Origin: Octopus sinensis
Lineage: Eukaryota
Length of the DNA stretch: 64,000 bases
Direction: 5' to 3'
Assembly: GCF_006345805.1 (NCBI RefSeq)
Contig: NC_043007.1
Location: forward strand, 41,354,001-41,418,000
This document shows positions 39,000 through 52,164 of the stretch, one piece after another. The notes under the pieces were generated by a model. The model was not told the origin of the DNA, did not search any database, and saw only the letters and a program-made list of their open reading frames with translations. Position 1 is the stretch's first letter, and each line of letters begins with the position of its first letter. Both the position numbers and the translations under genes were made by a program.

Positions 39000-39320
39000 A
39001 TCATCATTATCATATCATCACTCATCTCATCCCCACCTTCATCAAAACCCTTATTAATCACCACCACCAACAACTTCTGTCACCCCCCCACCTTAAACAT
39101 CATCATCATCATTCCCACTATCATCATTATCTTCATCACCATCATCACTACCACTACTATCACCATCATTATCACAACCATCATCATCACTACTACCATC
39201 ATTATCATCACCACCACCATCATCATCACCACCACTACCATCATCATCTTCACCATCTTCATCACTACCGCCATCATTATCCTCACCACCACCATCATCG
39301 CTGCTACCATTGCTACAATT
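39000..39320. repeat. (CAT/CAC)n trinucleotide low-complexity tract; similar tracts at 37455-37725 and 49383-49550
   Basis: Directly visible. Confidence 0.95.
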
Positions 39321-40253
39321 GCTTTCATTTGCTTTCTCAAAAAAAAAAAAAACAAGAAAAGGACAAAGAGAATAAATAAAGAAAAGGCAATTTAACAATA
39401 AGATTTGAAGAAAAACACAAATGGAAAGTAAGGGTTCTCATTAGTGTCAGGTTGAAAAGAAATCTAATTAGAAATTAAATGAAAAATTTGCCAGCCACCC
39501 TTCTTTAAAATTTTGCTAGCTCCACCCCAAAACCCTTTGGTGAGTTTATCAAAAAATGGTGGTTCAGAACTTTCTGTGGAAACAAAACTGAATTTATCTA
39601 TTTTGCTGTTAAACCAGATGGATCCAACCCATATATTTTATCTGCTTTATGTTCAAACAGGCCAGATAAAGCCTCTCACACCTAATCTATTATGTTATTC
39701 TAAAAATAAACAATTGCATCGTTGAAATCGCAGAGCTACAAACATAATGCGTGATTAATTCAAAACAATGTGAATAAATAAGCATTGCACTTGACAGAGT
39801 AATCTGAATGCTAAAGTATTTTCACTTACAAGAATCATTTCAAAGAGATACCTAAAGAATATTCTTAAATAATTCTATGTTGTTGTAAATAGAGAGCTTT
39901 GTGGCATAATGGCTAGGATGTTCAGCTCATAATATCATGAGATTAATTCCTGGACAGGATGTCTATGGAAATGAAGTTTTAATTGTCCAGACATGCCAAT
40001 GATGGTTTGACCAGTTTCACTTGAGAAATTTTTCTTTTGCAGATTTCCCTTGATTTGGATGGCAGAGTTCTGTCAATACTGAGCTTCTGTAAACCATAGT
40101 TGAAGGAAATCATGTCCTTGAGTAAGGCACTTCATTTCACTTTGCTCCAATCTACTCAGCACTAAATGAGTATCATTTGGGTGTTGGTGCACTCCTCTCT
40201 GTCTCTCTCCCTCTCTCATTCTCTCTCTCTCTCTCTTTCTCTCTCTCTCCCTA

Positions 40254-40305
<52 letters not shown>

Positions 40306-41683
40306 CTCTCTCCTTGCAGTTTTTACAACATAGATGTATCTGCATCAAGGGTAAAAGTGCTCATAAAGGATGTCTGTGTTTGCATGTGACTACATAACCA
40401 TCTAAAACAATAAAAGCATGGTACAAGTTATCAAACCATTTTCCCTACTCCCTGTGAGTGATGACTGACAGCTATTTAATTATTATTATAAACATAGGCA
40501 TGGCTTAGTGGTTGAGTGGTTTGCTTCCCAACCATATGATTTCAGGTTCAGTTCCACTGCAAGGCACATTGGACAAGTATCTTAAATTATAGCCCCAGGC
40601 TGACCAAAACCTTGTTAGTAAATTTGATAGACAGAAACTGAAAGAAGCCCATCATGTGATGTGTGTGTTTGTGTCTTCTTGTTTTGACAGCATGTAATGG
40701 TTGTAAATGAATATCACTGCCAAACAACCAATGTTATCCATTTCCAATATTCTGTGAAAACATGTCTAGCCATGAGGAAATACTATCTTGCTTAAAATGC
40801 ATGCATATGTATACATTCATACATATATGAACAAACATATGTATACATGCACACATATATAAGCATACATATGCATATAAATGAACACATATACACCCAT
40901 GACCCATGACTCTAGCATGGAAAGTGGATGTTAAATGATGATGATATACATACATGCATATATTTATACATATAAAATAGATGAAAATCTTAATTTAGAT
41001 GTTTTCAAGTGATGCCAAATGTTTTGCTTTTCATTTTTTACTTTAATCTATATCTATTTGCTCAAGGACAAACCACTTCTAGCCACTTTTGACAGGCAGT
41101 CTTAAAACCACATTTTTCAGTTGCAGTTCAAGCCAGAGTTTTAGTGTAAAACCAATCTGAACACCCATAGCACATACCTATTTGACAAAATCAACTGGTG
41201 AAAACTCCTATACTCTCTATGAAAATCTTAATATTTATATTTATTTGTTTACTTTAATCTGCTTTTTTTATGACATTATTCCCTTTATTTTCCTTAAATT
41301 CTTAAGTTCTGAAATAATTTTTCATTGAAATTTTCCATTTGCTGCAAATATTATAACTATCACTCTGTAGCAACACAATATAATTTGTTATATTCAGTTT
41401 TATTGAAGTTAATTTTTATTTTATTTGTTACTAATGTATATATATATTGATTTTTGCTAATAATCACTCAGTTTATCCAACAAATTCCATTATATTTGCA
41501 ATGTCATAACCCCTTGCCCAGTCAGCTTTAACTGTTTATTTGATGTTTTCCCAAATAATCATCATGGTATCATTTATAAACATAATAGACCATCGTATTG
41601 TATTGTGTTGTTCCAAAAGTTCACTTCTGCGAGATAATCAGTTATGTAAAACTTGAACCATTAGCTTGTGAAGTTTCTCAGCT

Positions 41684-41725
<42 letters not shown>

Positions 41726-41733
41726 GCTTTCTC

Positions 41734-41783
<50 letters not shown>

Positions 41784-41811
41784 CTATGAATGCATGCATG
41801 TATATACATGT

Positions 41812-41851
<40 letters not shown>

Positions 41852-42043
41852 ATGTGTGTGTATGAAAATTGTTTGTGTTTATGTATGTACATTATGCAAT
41901 AGAATGCACAAATCTTTGGCCAGGCTCAAGAGTCATACAAGGGCCTCGCATTGCATCATCAATGACTCATTCAATGATTCTTTCTAGCAATGGCTTTTCT
42001 CATATACACAAAGGCAGCTACTACATATATATATATATATATA

Positions 42044-42560
42044 CAGGGTGCAGTGAATAAACTGTCATCTAAATTAAGCAAAAAATGAAAATAACACTAA
42101 CATCTCATTTTAACAGATATATTTAGCAAAATTACATAAAAATATCTTGAAATACTAAACAGTAGATTTATTCAATAAAATCGCCATTGGCTTCAACCAC
42201 AGCCTCCAGATGACTTTGGAATCTCCTGCAAATCTTCTGGACAGTCTCCTTGTCTAAGTTGGTGAATGCTGCCATAATCCTTGCCTTCAGCTTATCTTTG
42301 ATGTTAGAAGGAGTTTTGTTGATCTCTCACACAACTGTGCCCCACACATAATAATCAAAGGGGTTGCTGTCTGGGGAGTTAGGTGGCCAGATGTTAGAGG
42401 TGATGTGATTGTTTGACACCCATGACTGGGTTCGTCTGCTTGTGTGGCATGGTGCAGAGTCCTGTTGCCAGACATAGGGTCTTCCAGCAGCCACCCTCCT
42501 GACCCAGGGCAGCACTACCTCTTCCAGACACTTGATGTAGGCCTCTGTGTTGAGTATGTG
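42044..42560 (-). mobile_element. Tc1/mariner (maT/DD37D-like) transposase remnant with terminal repeat
   Basis: YIKCLEEVVLPW...WQQDSAPCH...WPPNSPDSNPFDYYVWG; terminus TA|cagggtgcagtgaataaa at 42044. Confidence 0.85.
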
Positions 42561-42574
42561 AAAATGACAGAGGT

Positions 42575-43260
42575 TAGCACCCAATGGAAAAGGAGAACCC
42601 ATCTCCAGACCAGGGCTACACCTGAAAAAAAGGTATGACTTTCTTTGGTGGGGATATGAAGGGTGTTGTTTACTATGAAGTGTTATGCCAAAATGAAACA
42701 GTAAATGCAGTGAAATATTGTCATTGATTCATTTAGATTTTCCTCAATTATGGTTGTTCAAATCAAGGGGAATCTGAACAAGAAAAATTTCCCAAGTGAA
42801 AGAGGTCAAGCTATCATTGCCATGTTTGGATAATTAAAACTTCATTTCCATAGACAAAACAAATATTTTTTGCAGAAGAGTCCCTTTGGAATTTGTAGAA
42901 CAAACAGAGCCTGATACGGATCTGAACTAATCTCAGCGCTCACCATTTGTATACCATAAAAGGTTGTTGCTCTTACACAATAATCCAAGACCACTTATTG
43001 CCAAAGTTACTCATGAAAAGTCATAGTACTAAATATAAATATAAGAGCTTTGTCTCATCCTCCTTGCTCTCCTCGCCTTTCTCCATCTGACTATTATCTT
43101 TTCAGATCATTGCAATATTATTTAGAGGAAAAATAGTTTATAAATTGTGCAGAGGTTAAAGATGATATTGAATATTTTGTTACTTCAAAACCCAAAGAAT
43201 TTTACACCTGAGGAACCAATAATTTGTCGAATATATTGGATTACATTATCAATGATGAGG
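42575..43260 (+). mobile_element. Mariner (DD34D-type) transposase pseudogene fragment with a nested insertion at about 42730-42855
   Basis: Degenerate KKV...WWD..GVVYYEVL...TVNA..YC, LLLHNNPRP, HPPCSPRLSPSDYYLFRSL. The nested segment is homologous (reverse) to 39960-40060. Confidence 0.75.
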
Positions 43261-43762
43261 AGAATATTATTATGATTAAGATCAAAGAAGCATTTGTTTC
43301 TTTCCCATCCTGAAATGTAAAAAGACTTCCTTCCCAACCTAATACATGCCCTCCCAAAACATACGCATGCACACAAATACAAGCACATACGTATGCACAC
43401 GTGCACACACACACACACACACACACATACACATATACACACACGCTTATATGTATATGCATAAATTTTTATCCCTTCAATGGTGAAAATTTTTTGTGAG
43501 CAGCTGGAGCTAGTTAAAACTGTATCCACCCCAGACAACCAGCCAACCAACCAACCAGTCAGTCAGTCATCCTCAACAACCCTTTCTTTACTCCTTCTGA
43601 AACTAAAGGATAAACTGAAAAAACCAAGGTAATATGCAAACCCCTAAAAACAGACTTGGAATTTTGGTGAAATAATGGAAAAAAAACTCTGCACTGTCTT
43701 TGAAGTTTTTTCTCTTACTGTCTTCTCCAGTGACTTCTCGCCAGAAATAATTACAAACATAC

Positions 43763-43789
43763 CATCTCTGCTATATAAGGCAGTAACAT
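43763..43789 (-). other. Candidate 27-nt microexon of an unidentified minus-strand gene
   Basis: Minus strand: long pyrimidine tract with about 67 nt free of AG, ...cccaTGCaAG / atgttactgccttatatagcagagatg / GTATGT. Length is a multiple of 3. Confidence 0.35.
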
Positions 43790-44618
43790 CTTGCATGGGT
43801 AATAAAGGTGGATAAAAAAAGAAACAAAAGCAAGGAAAAGAAAAAGAACGAAAAATGTCTTAAATGTATGACTTTTACTGCCAATGGAATGCCTATATAT
43901 ACATGTTGCAAGCATATATATGCATTTTATGTATGTGTATATATATGTATATATATATGTATGTATATATATATATATGCACATATTTGTCTGTGTATAT
44001 TATGGCATGCGAGTTTATATTCATTGTGTGTGAATGGGGTGTATAGGGTGGGAAATACAGGCGTACATTGAACACACGTAGATGTACACATATGTATCTA
44101 TTTATTAATCTTCATCCCTTTCTCATTTGGTCTCTCTCTCTCTCTCTCTCTCTCTTTCTATACATATACATATATATATATATATATGTATCTGCACACA
44201 CAAGTATACATACACACACACATACATATATGTCTCTTTATATGATTATATGTGTGGTATGTTTGTATATAGACATGCATTCGCACACGCACACACACAA
44301 ACACACACACAAATACGCATCATGCAATAGCTCAAAGCTACACATTTAGAAGGGAAGAGGTATAGTGCATAAAACTGTCTATATACATTTACTTATAGAT
44401 TTGGAGGGAGTAAGAAAAGGAAACTAGGCCAGACATAGGTGGGTTTGAACTCATAATGTAGTGATGTGTAACTAAATGATAAATATATTTGTCTATTACA
44501 CAACAGTTTCTGACAATCCCCAGCTCCCTGATGTAATACACATGCATATATGATACACACACACATGCACAAACATATACATACATACATGCATACATAC
44601 ATATATATATATATATTT

Positions 44619-44652
<34 letters not shown>

Positions 44653-44656
44653 TTAT

Positions 44657-47035
44657 AGTTAAGTTAAGTTAAGTTCATTTTTTGGCTCAAAAAGCAAAAA
44701 GTAAGGCCATGTAGGGGGACATGGAGTTATGTACAGGGAGGGTTTTCATGCAAAGAGTTCAGGCCATTTCTGGTCAAGAGAGACTTTGAACCGAGCAGTT
44801 GTCAGCATCTTCACTATCTCGTCCAGCAGCTTATTCCACAGATCCGCAACCTGGACGGAGAAAGCCCCTATACTTTGATTGAGATGAAATCGTCACAGAT
44901 AGAGCTTTTCAGAATGACCCCACAGCCGACGCTCTGGAGCAGGAGTGAAGAACAGCTCTTTCGAGAGGTTACACTTTCCGCTTATGAGAATGAGATCACC
45001 ACGGCGTCGTTGTTTTTCTAGAGAATAAAGGTCAAGCGTCTTCAGCCTTTCTTCATAGGACAAATGCTTGAGACCAAGAACCATGTGGGTAGCAAGCTTC
45101 TGGACTCTTTCGAGATGATGTATGTCTTTGAGGAGATAAGGAGAAGAGGCTTGAATCCCGTACTCCCATATGGGTCTCACCAGCGTGACATAGAGCGGTA
45201 GGAATATGGCTGCTGTGAGCATTCCGAATGACTGTCGAATCAAAAACAGAACTCCGCATGCTTTGTTGGCAGTATGGACGCACTGGGCTGAAGGCGCAAA
45301 GGAAGAATCCACCAAGATACCCAGGTCCTTTACCTGGTCGGTCCTCTCCAGCAGCAGATGACCCGGCTCGAAATTACGTGGAGTTGCAGGAGAGGAGCTA
45401 ACAGGCAGATGACAGTATTTTGACACATTCAGACACAGGTCCCATTCGTTAGACCATCTCCAAACTTGGTGGAGGCATTGACGAAGATCATCTATATCAT
45501 CGCGAGGAGCGACCAGTTTGACCATTGGCAAATAGAAGGTGTGTTGCATGAGGTCGTCAGGCAAGTCATTTATAAAGACTAAACACAATAAGGGCCCAAG
45601 TACTGAACTTTGAGGCACGCCACTGCTCGCACTGGAGACGTCGGACAGCAAACCATTAACTTGGACTTGGAAGGAGCGATCTGAGAGGAAGGCACCAACC
45701 CATCATACAATATCCGGATGGAAATTATATGCTTGAAGCTTGACAAGTAACAGGCGGTGGTTAACCGAGTCAAAAGCTTTGACAAAGTCCAATAAAACGA
45801 TGTCAACAGCATCCCCATCATCCAGGATACGCGTCACCAATTCTTCCATTACCAGTAAGTTGGTCAAGCATGATCTCTTCGGCACGAAGCCGTGTTGGGA
45901 ATCAGAGATAGAGGCTTTGTTTTGGAGGTGGAGCAACATACTTTTTTTTAGGATGGTTTCGAACATCTTGCTGATTATTGAAGTAAGGGAAACCGGTCGG
46001 TAGTTAAACGGGTCTTCGCGGCTCCCTTTCTTGAAAATCGGGCAGATTATCGCTGTTCTCCACTTCACAGGTATAACACCCGTCGCGAATGACATACTGA
46101 ATAGAAGTGTTAAAGGTTTGCAGATGACCGAAGCCAATGCTTTGATAACCTGTGGGTGTATGCCGTCAGGGCCGTGACCCTTGTTGACATCGAGGCCTTG
46201 AATAACGCGTTCGACTTTGTCCTGAGTGATGACCAATCTAGGCATTGGAGGTACCGATCTATCAAATGGAGGGGGTTCACGACCATCATCTTGTTTGAAA
46301 ATTGTTGAAAAAGCCTCAGCAAATAACTGACTCTGCTGATAAGGGTCCTCAATCGATGCGCCTGTTGAGTCTACCAACATTGCAATTTGGTTGTTCAAGC
46401 GGGAATTCCGTTGGACATGGGCAAAGAAGGTTTTTGGATTGCTACTGGCATTTGCCGTGATTCTGTATTCATATCTGAAGCGTTCTTCCTTTTCAATTTT
46501 CACAGCTCGGTCTCATTGAGTTTTGTACGCCTCAAAAGCTGCAGTCAAATCTAGATTTTTGAATTCAGCTCAAGCAATATCTCTGAGTCGAAGTTCTCGT
46601 TTAACCTTCTTCGTCACCCAGGGCTTATGTTTCTTCTTCTTGGGAAGCCCAATGGGAACTGCTTGGTCAGTCAACCAGATTACATATGCTTTGAGGGACG
46701 ACCATAGTTCGTTAACTGAGGACATCGTCATCAGGGACCGCCAGTCCAGAAGCGCAGAAGCCTCGGTTAGAATTTCAAGATTGATTGCAGAGAAGACTCT
46801 ACGTGGCAGCTAAGTAGTCATGGGCGTAGAAAAAGTTGTGTGCATGTCGAACTTCAGGACTGCGTAATCACTCTTGGCAAGAGGGGCGCACACAGATAAG
46901 CCTGACACTGATCTTGGATAGCGGGAGAATACCAGATCCAGCATAGATGGCTGCTGCCCAGACCAATGCCTTGTCGGAAATTCAACATGTTGCGATAGAA
47001 AACAATCTTCAGCCACGTCAAGAAGGGCCTGGCCG
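44657..47035 (-). mobile_element. CR1-clade LINE, 5'-truncated, frameshifted ORF2 (end of APE endonuclease plus RT)
   Basis: LDLVF...SD endonuclease end; YRPVSLTS, QHGF, DFVKAFDSV, GVPQSSVLGPLL RT motifs; LERVQKLAT...RRRGDLI C-terminus; (AACTT)n tail at 44657-44676. Confidence 0.9.
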
Positions 47036-47044
47036 ATACATACA

Positions 47045-47078
<34 letters not shown>

Positions 47079-47165
47079 CATGCATATATGTATGTATATA
47101 TATATATAATATATATATATACATACATATATGTATATATATATATACATACATATATGTATATA

Positions 47166-47720
47166 TGGTGGCTGCCCCCTCGTTATCGAGTATGGCCATT
47201 GCATGGAGCTTAATCAATGTTGTTATCATGCAATGCCTGTGCAAGAAGATTTTTTTTAAAGTGAGGAAAGGCTGTGCACTGAGTCAATCCCACTCACTAA
47301 GCAACAGCAGCCATAATCCGAAAAGAAGAACAAGTCAACATCATCGGTAACCACTGAGCCGCAGGTTTTATGTTGGAGTTATCCCAGTTACCTGAGTTAC
47401 CTTCTCCTAGAAGGATGCCCTAACAAAGGCTAGGAGTCCTTCACTCCCAATGGTTTAATCGTGCGATTGGGTATTCAGTCTGATTATTTCTATGTCCACG
47501 CGCATGATACAGCCTCAAGACATTTATTGGATGGCCGTTGACTCTCAAGAGTTCCTCTGCCCCTTTGACGGGTTTTGTTTTTCTTCCCACAGCGTGTCCA
47601 ATAAACACCCTCCTCACCAAGCAAGCTTGGTGCGGTTCCTGGTTGAGTCGCCAACGACCCAGCCAGGCAACAGGTTGTACTGAGTTACATGTTACCAGTG
47701 GCACTCGAAAGTGACCTGAC
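47166..47720 (-). mobile_element. Probable bipartite non-autonomous RTE-derived element (5' UTR joined to 3' end)
   Basis: Minus-strand 3' end atggccatactcgataacgagggggcagcc resembles RTE/BovB 3' termini, and the ccttctcctag block resembles RTE 5' UTRs. No ORF; bounded by (TA)n. Confidence 0.5.
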
Positions 47721-47829
47721 ATATATATGTATATATATACATATGTATTTATACACACACACACATGTATATATATAATATATATATACATATATATATA
47801 AATGCACATATATATATATACATATATAT

Positions 47830-48454
47830 TAATAGTTAGGGATTATGATAATTCCAAGCCGACATTACAATGTATATTGTAATGAGGTGATTGACAATTT
47901 AAAGTCTATTCTGAGCATATTGGCATAGAAATCTCTTTTTCTTTTGCCCTTGTTTATAAATTGTTTATAATTTTCACCTTTAAAGGTATCTTAATATGCT
48001 GCCGCTTTGACGAAATTTTTTTTGAAAAAATTTTATCCTATATTAGAAGTAAATTTATCACCATTCACTTCGGGACTGGTAACCACTGAAAGTTGTGGCT
48101 TGTGACCAGTCACACATGTGCTGAAGCTAGCCAAAGGATTTTACGTTTAGATATAACTGGGGTACTTATATATACTCATGATTCCTGCTTCTGCTTTTTC
48201 CCATGGGTGCTTGTAAGTATTTCATTTATTTCTTATTGTATTCTCTACTGAAGAGGGAAAAATCCATGGGATTAATCCTGAAATTGATTCAATATAGAGA
48301 TAACGAATTTTTAAAAAAGTTCTGTTAGCTTGCCCTCCTCGATTTCTGCACAACATGTATTTATGGTGAATGTATATTGCAATGAGGTGATTGACGATTT
48401 AAAGTCTATTCTAAGCATATTGGCATAGAAATCTTTTTTCTTTTGCCCTTGTTT

Positions 48455-48461
<7 letters not shown>
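47830..48461 (+). mobile_element. pLTR-like element: 93-bp direct repeat at 500-bp period with an internal hammerhead-like motif (48243-48299)
   Basis: 47869-47962 repeats at 48369-48461; CUGAAGA-GGGA...UCCU-GAAAUUGAUUC; both ends lie in (TA)n. Confidence 0.6.
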
Positions 48462-48498
<37 letters not shown>

Positions 48499-48793
48499 TA
48501 CATGCATACACGCACACACACACACACACACACATGATGAATAGATAGACAGCCGACAACTGATGAAGGGTCTTTTCTCTGTGTTTACTTGTCCTGTTTT
48601 CCATTTTTTCTCATTGTTTACATATTTAACTCGTTTGTTTATGTATTTCATGTTGGTTGCACCCATATATGGGTTCAACCCATGCTAGCATGGAAAACGA
48701 ATGTTAGACGATAATGATGATGATGATGATGATGATATATTATCTATTATTCATTATTATTTAATTGAATGCAACACATCCACTTCCAAGTAA

Positions 48794-48835
<42 letters not shown>

Positions 48836-49382
48836 CTGTGTATCATACATAGTGCAGACACATCATTGAAAGCCTAATTACCTGGGGTATCCACCCCAAG
48901 ATACCATTCTTTATAGGCATATAATGTTGGTTGAATAATGCAACAATATATCAGTAGGGAATGGAAATTGCTAAAATAAGAAATGTTGCAATCAGCCGAG
49001 AGGCTGAATTAAAATTCATTATGTGTACCTTAATGTATACTTAATGTATACTTAAAGTATACTTAATGGCAGATACATCACAGAAAGCCAAACTCTGAAT
49101 ATGTAAATGTGAAGAAAAGTACTTAATACATCAAGTAGAGTATATTCAGTTATTCAACTGTGAGGCTTCATTTTGTAGCTACTCTGCGTTTCTTGATAAT
49201 ATATAACAATGTATATTATCATTTTTTCAGTTTCTGATTTACTGATACATCAAATAAATGAATATATTTCTGTTTTTAATTGCTTTTCATTCTTTAAGAT
49301 CATATTTTGAGCTGACACATAGAGACTAAAAGTGGAACAGTAAGTCCTGGAGCTTCAAGGGATTTTGAAACATGTTGCTTCA

Positions 49383-49414
<32 letters not shown>

Positions 49415-50044
49415 CATGATGATCATGATGATGATGAGGAGGAGGAGGATGGTGATGGTGATGGTGATGGTGGTGGTGAGGAAAATGACAACAATGATGA
49501 TAACAATGATAACAATGATGATGATGGCAATGATAATAACAATAATGAAAAAGACAACATCAAAGTCAACTGTGGTGATGACAGAATTAAGCATGAATGA
49601 CAGCAGTAAAAGGCTGAGGATAAAAACGATGCTGCAACATTTCTACATCTATTATTTGTATCCAGCTAACATCAAGTGGTTTCCATCTCTTACAATAAGG
49701 TGGGATATGAAAATAATGCTTCAATGAACTCAATATAAAAATGTATGGAATCACTAAAATTCTTAAAGAATGTGTTCAGAAAGAGTTTCAAGAACTTATT
49801 CCAGAATCCTTTTAATATGCCATCAGAAGAAACTCTTGAAAGGTTATCAACTGGAAATAATTTACCTTAAGAACTATGATGGACCGACAATCATGTTTAA
49901 CAAGAAATGTATGTCTGCCTGAAGAATTTATAAGTTGAGCCTTTTTGTTACCATAATGTTACTGAAATGTATTACCAGTTACTTGAATAAAAACTCAGTG
50001 GATGCAACTGGAATAGCATTAATTGAAATAGCCATCTATGCGAC

Positions 50045-50088
<44 letters not shown>

Positions 50089-50090
50089 CA

Positions 50091-50752
<662 letters not shown>

Positions 50753-50808
50753 TATATATATATATATATATATAATATATATATATATATACATATATAT
50801 TATATATA

Positions 50809-50839
<31 letters not shown>

Positions 50840-50986
50840 AATTATTAGTTCTAAATCTCTGAACGAGAAACATGCAGCAACAGTACAATAGAGTAAAGCT
50901 TCTTTATAAAGTGGCAATCCTGATTAGGACCAATAACAGTAACATTGGTTCTAATCAGGACTGCCACTTTATGTTGGCAATAAGCT

Positions 50987-51046
<60 letters not shown>

Positions 51047-51782
51047 TTACATATATATATGTTTTTAATACAGTATGATAATGAAGAGATTTTCTTTCAG
51101 ACAAAAACCCAAAGCATCATGCCTCTCAATGGTGTATGTGTCATGAGTATGATACTTAGACGGCTAGGTTTCAGGTAATTTTGAAAATAATTAACAAATT
51201 AGTAAAATAACTTTGTCCTTAATTATTAAGCTCGTATCTGGAACACAAATTGGGATAAAATTTGGATGGAAGGTTTTAATTAAGATCACTTTTAACAGGA
51301 TGTTTGTATCACAGAACCAGTGGTGGTCTTAAGTGGGTTGGTATATTAAAAGGATTAAGAAAGTTTGTTACTGCTATGCTTTCATTATCTGGTAGTAATT
51401 ATATCTGTGGATAAATATTTTCAAAACTGAAATCAGTGAAATCCAGTTTTTGATAAAATCTTATCGATGCCAAGCTAAATATTTTATTTTAAGTTTTTCT
51501 GTTACTAGTAAATATTACTAAATTTGCCTGGGAAAGTTCAGTTTCATTAAAATTTTTATTATACTTATTTTTATATTTATTATGAAGCTTGTATTATTAT
51601 GTTAGTTTTTAAACTGTCTTATGAAATAGAAGCAGAGGCATGAGGGTGTGGTTTCAGGTTCAGTCCCACTGCATGGCACCTTGGGTAAGTGTCTGCTATA
51701 GGCCCAGGGCAATCAATACTCTGTAAGCAAATCTGGTAGACAGAAACTACATGGAAGTTCATTATGTATGTATGTATGTATG

Positions 51783-51834
<52 letters not shown>

Positions 51835-51878
51835 AAAAATATATATATATACATACATACATACACACACGCACACAC

Positions 51879-51949
<71 letters not shown>

Positions 51950-52041
51950 TACATATATATATATACATATATACATATACATATACATATATATATTATA
52001 CATATATATATATACATATATATATACATATATATATATAC

Positions 52042-52129
<88 letters not shown>

Positions 52130-52164
52130 GTATATATATATGTATATATATATATATATATACA

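Noticed and set aside
38996-39398. His-rich or Asp/Gly-rich ORFs (also 37.4, 49.4 and 61.4 kb)
   Set aside because: Trinucleotide low-complexity tracts open in several frames, with no splice or domain support.
48535-48670. CTGATGA at 48560 as another hammerhead
   Set aside because: No downstream GAAA or stem II/III within range. It may be a truncated Penelope-like fragment, but this is unsupported.
49741-49937. Coding-looking stretch, or a 53-nt minus-strand exon at 49866-49918
   Set aside because: Plus-strand frames are broken by stops, and the minus-strand peptide (RHTFLVKHDCRSIIVLK) is not recognisable. Splice signals alone are insufficient.
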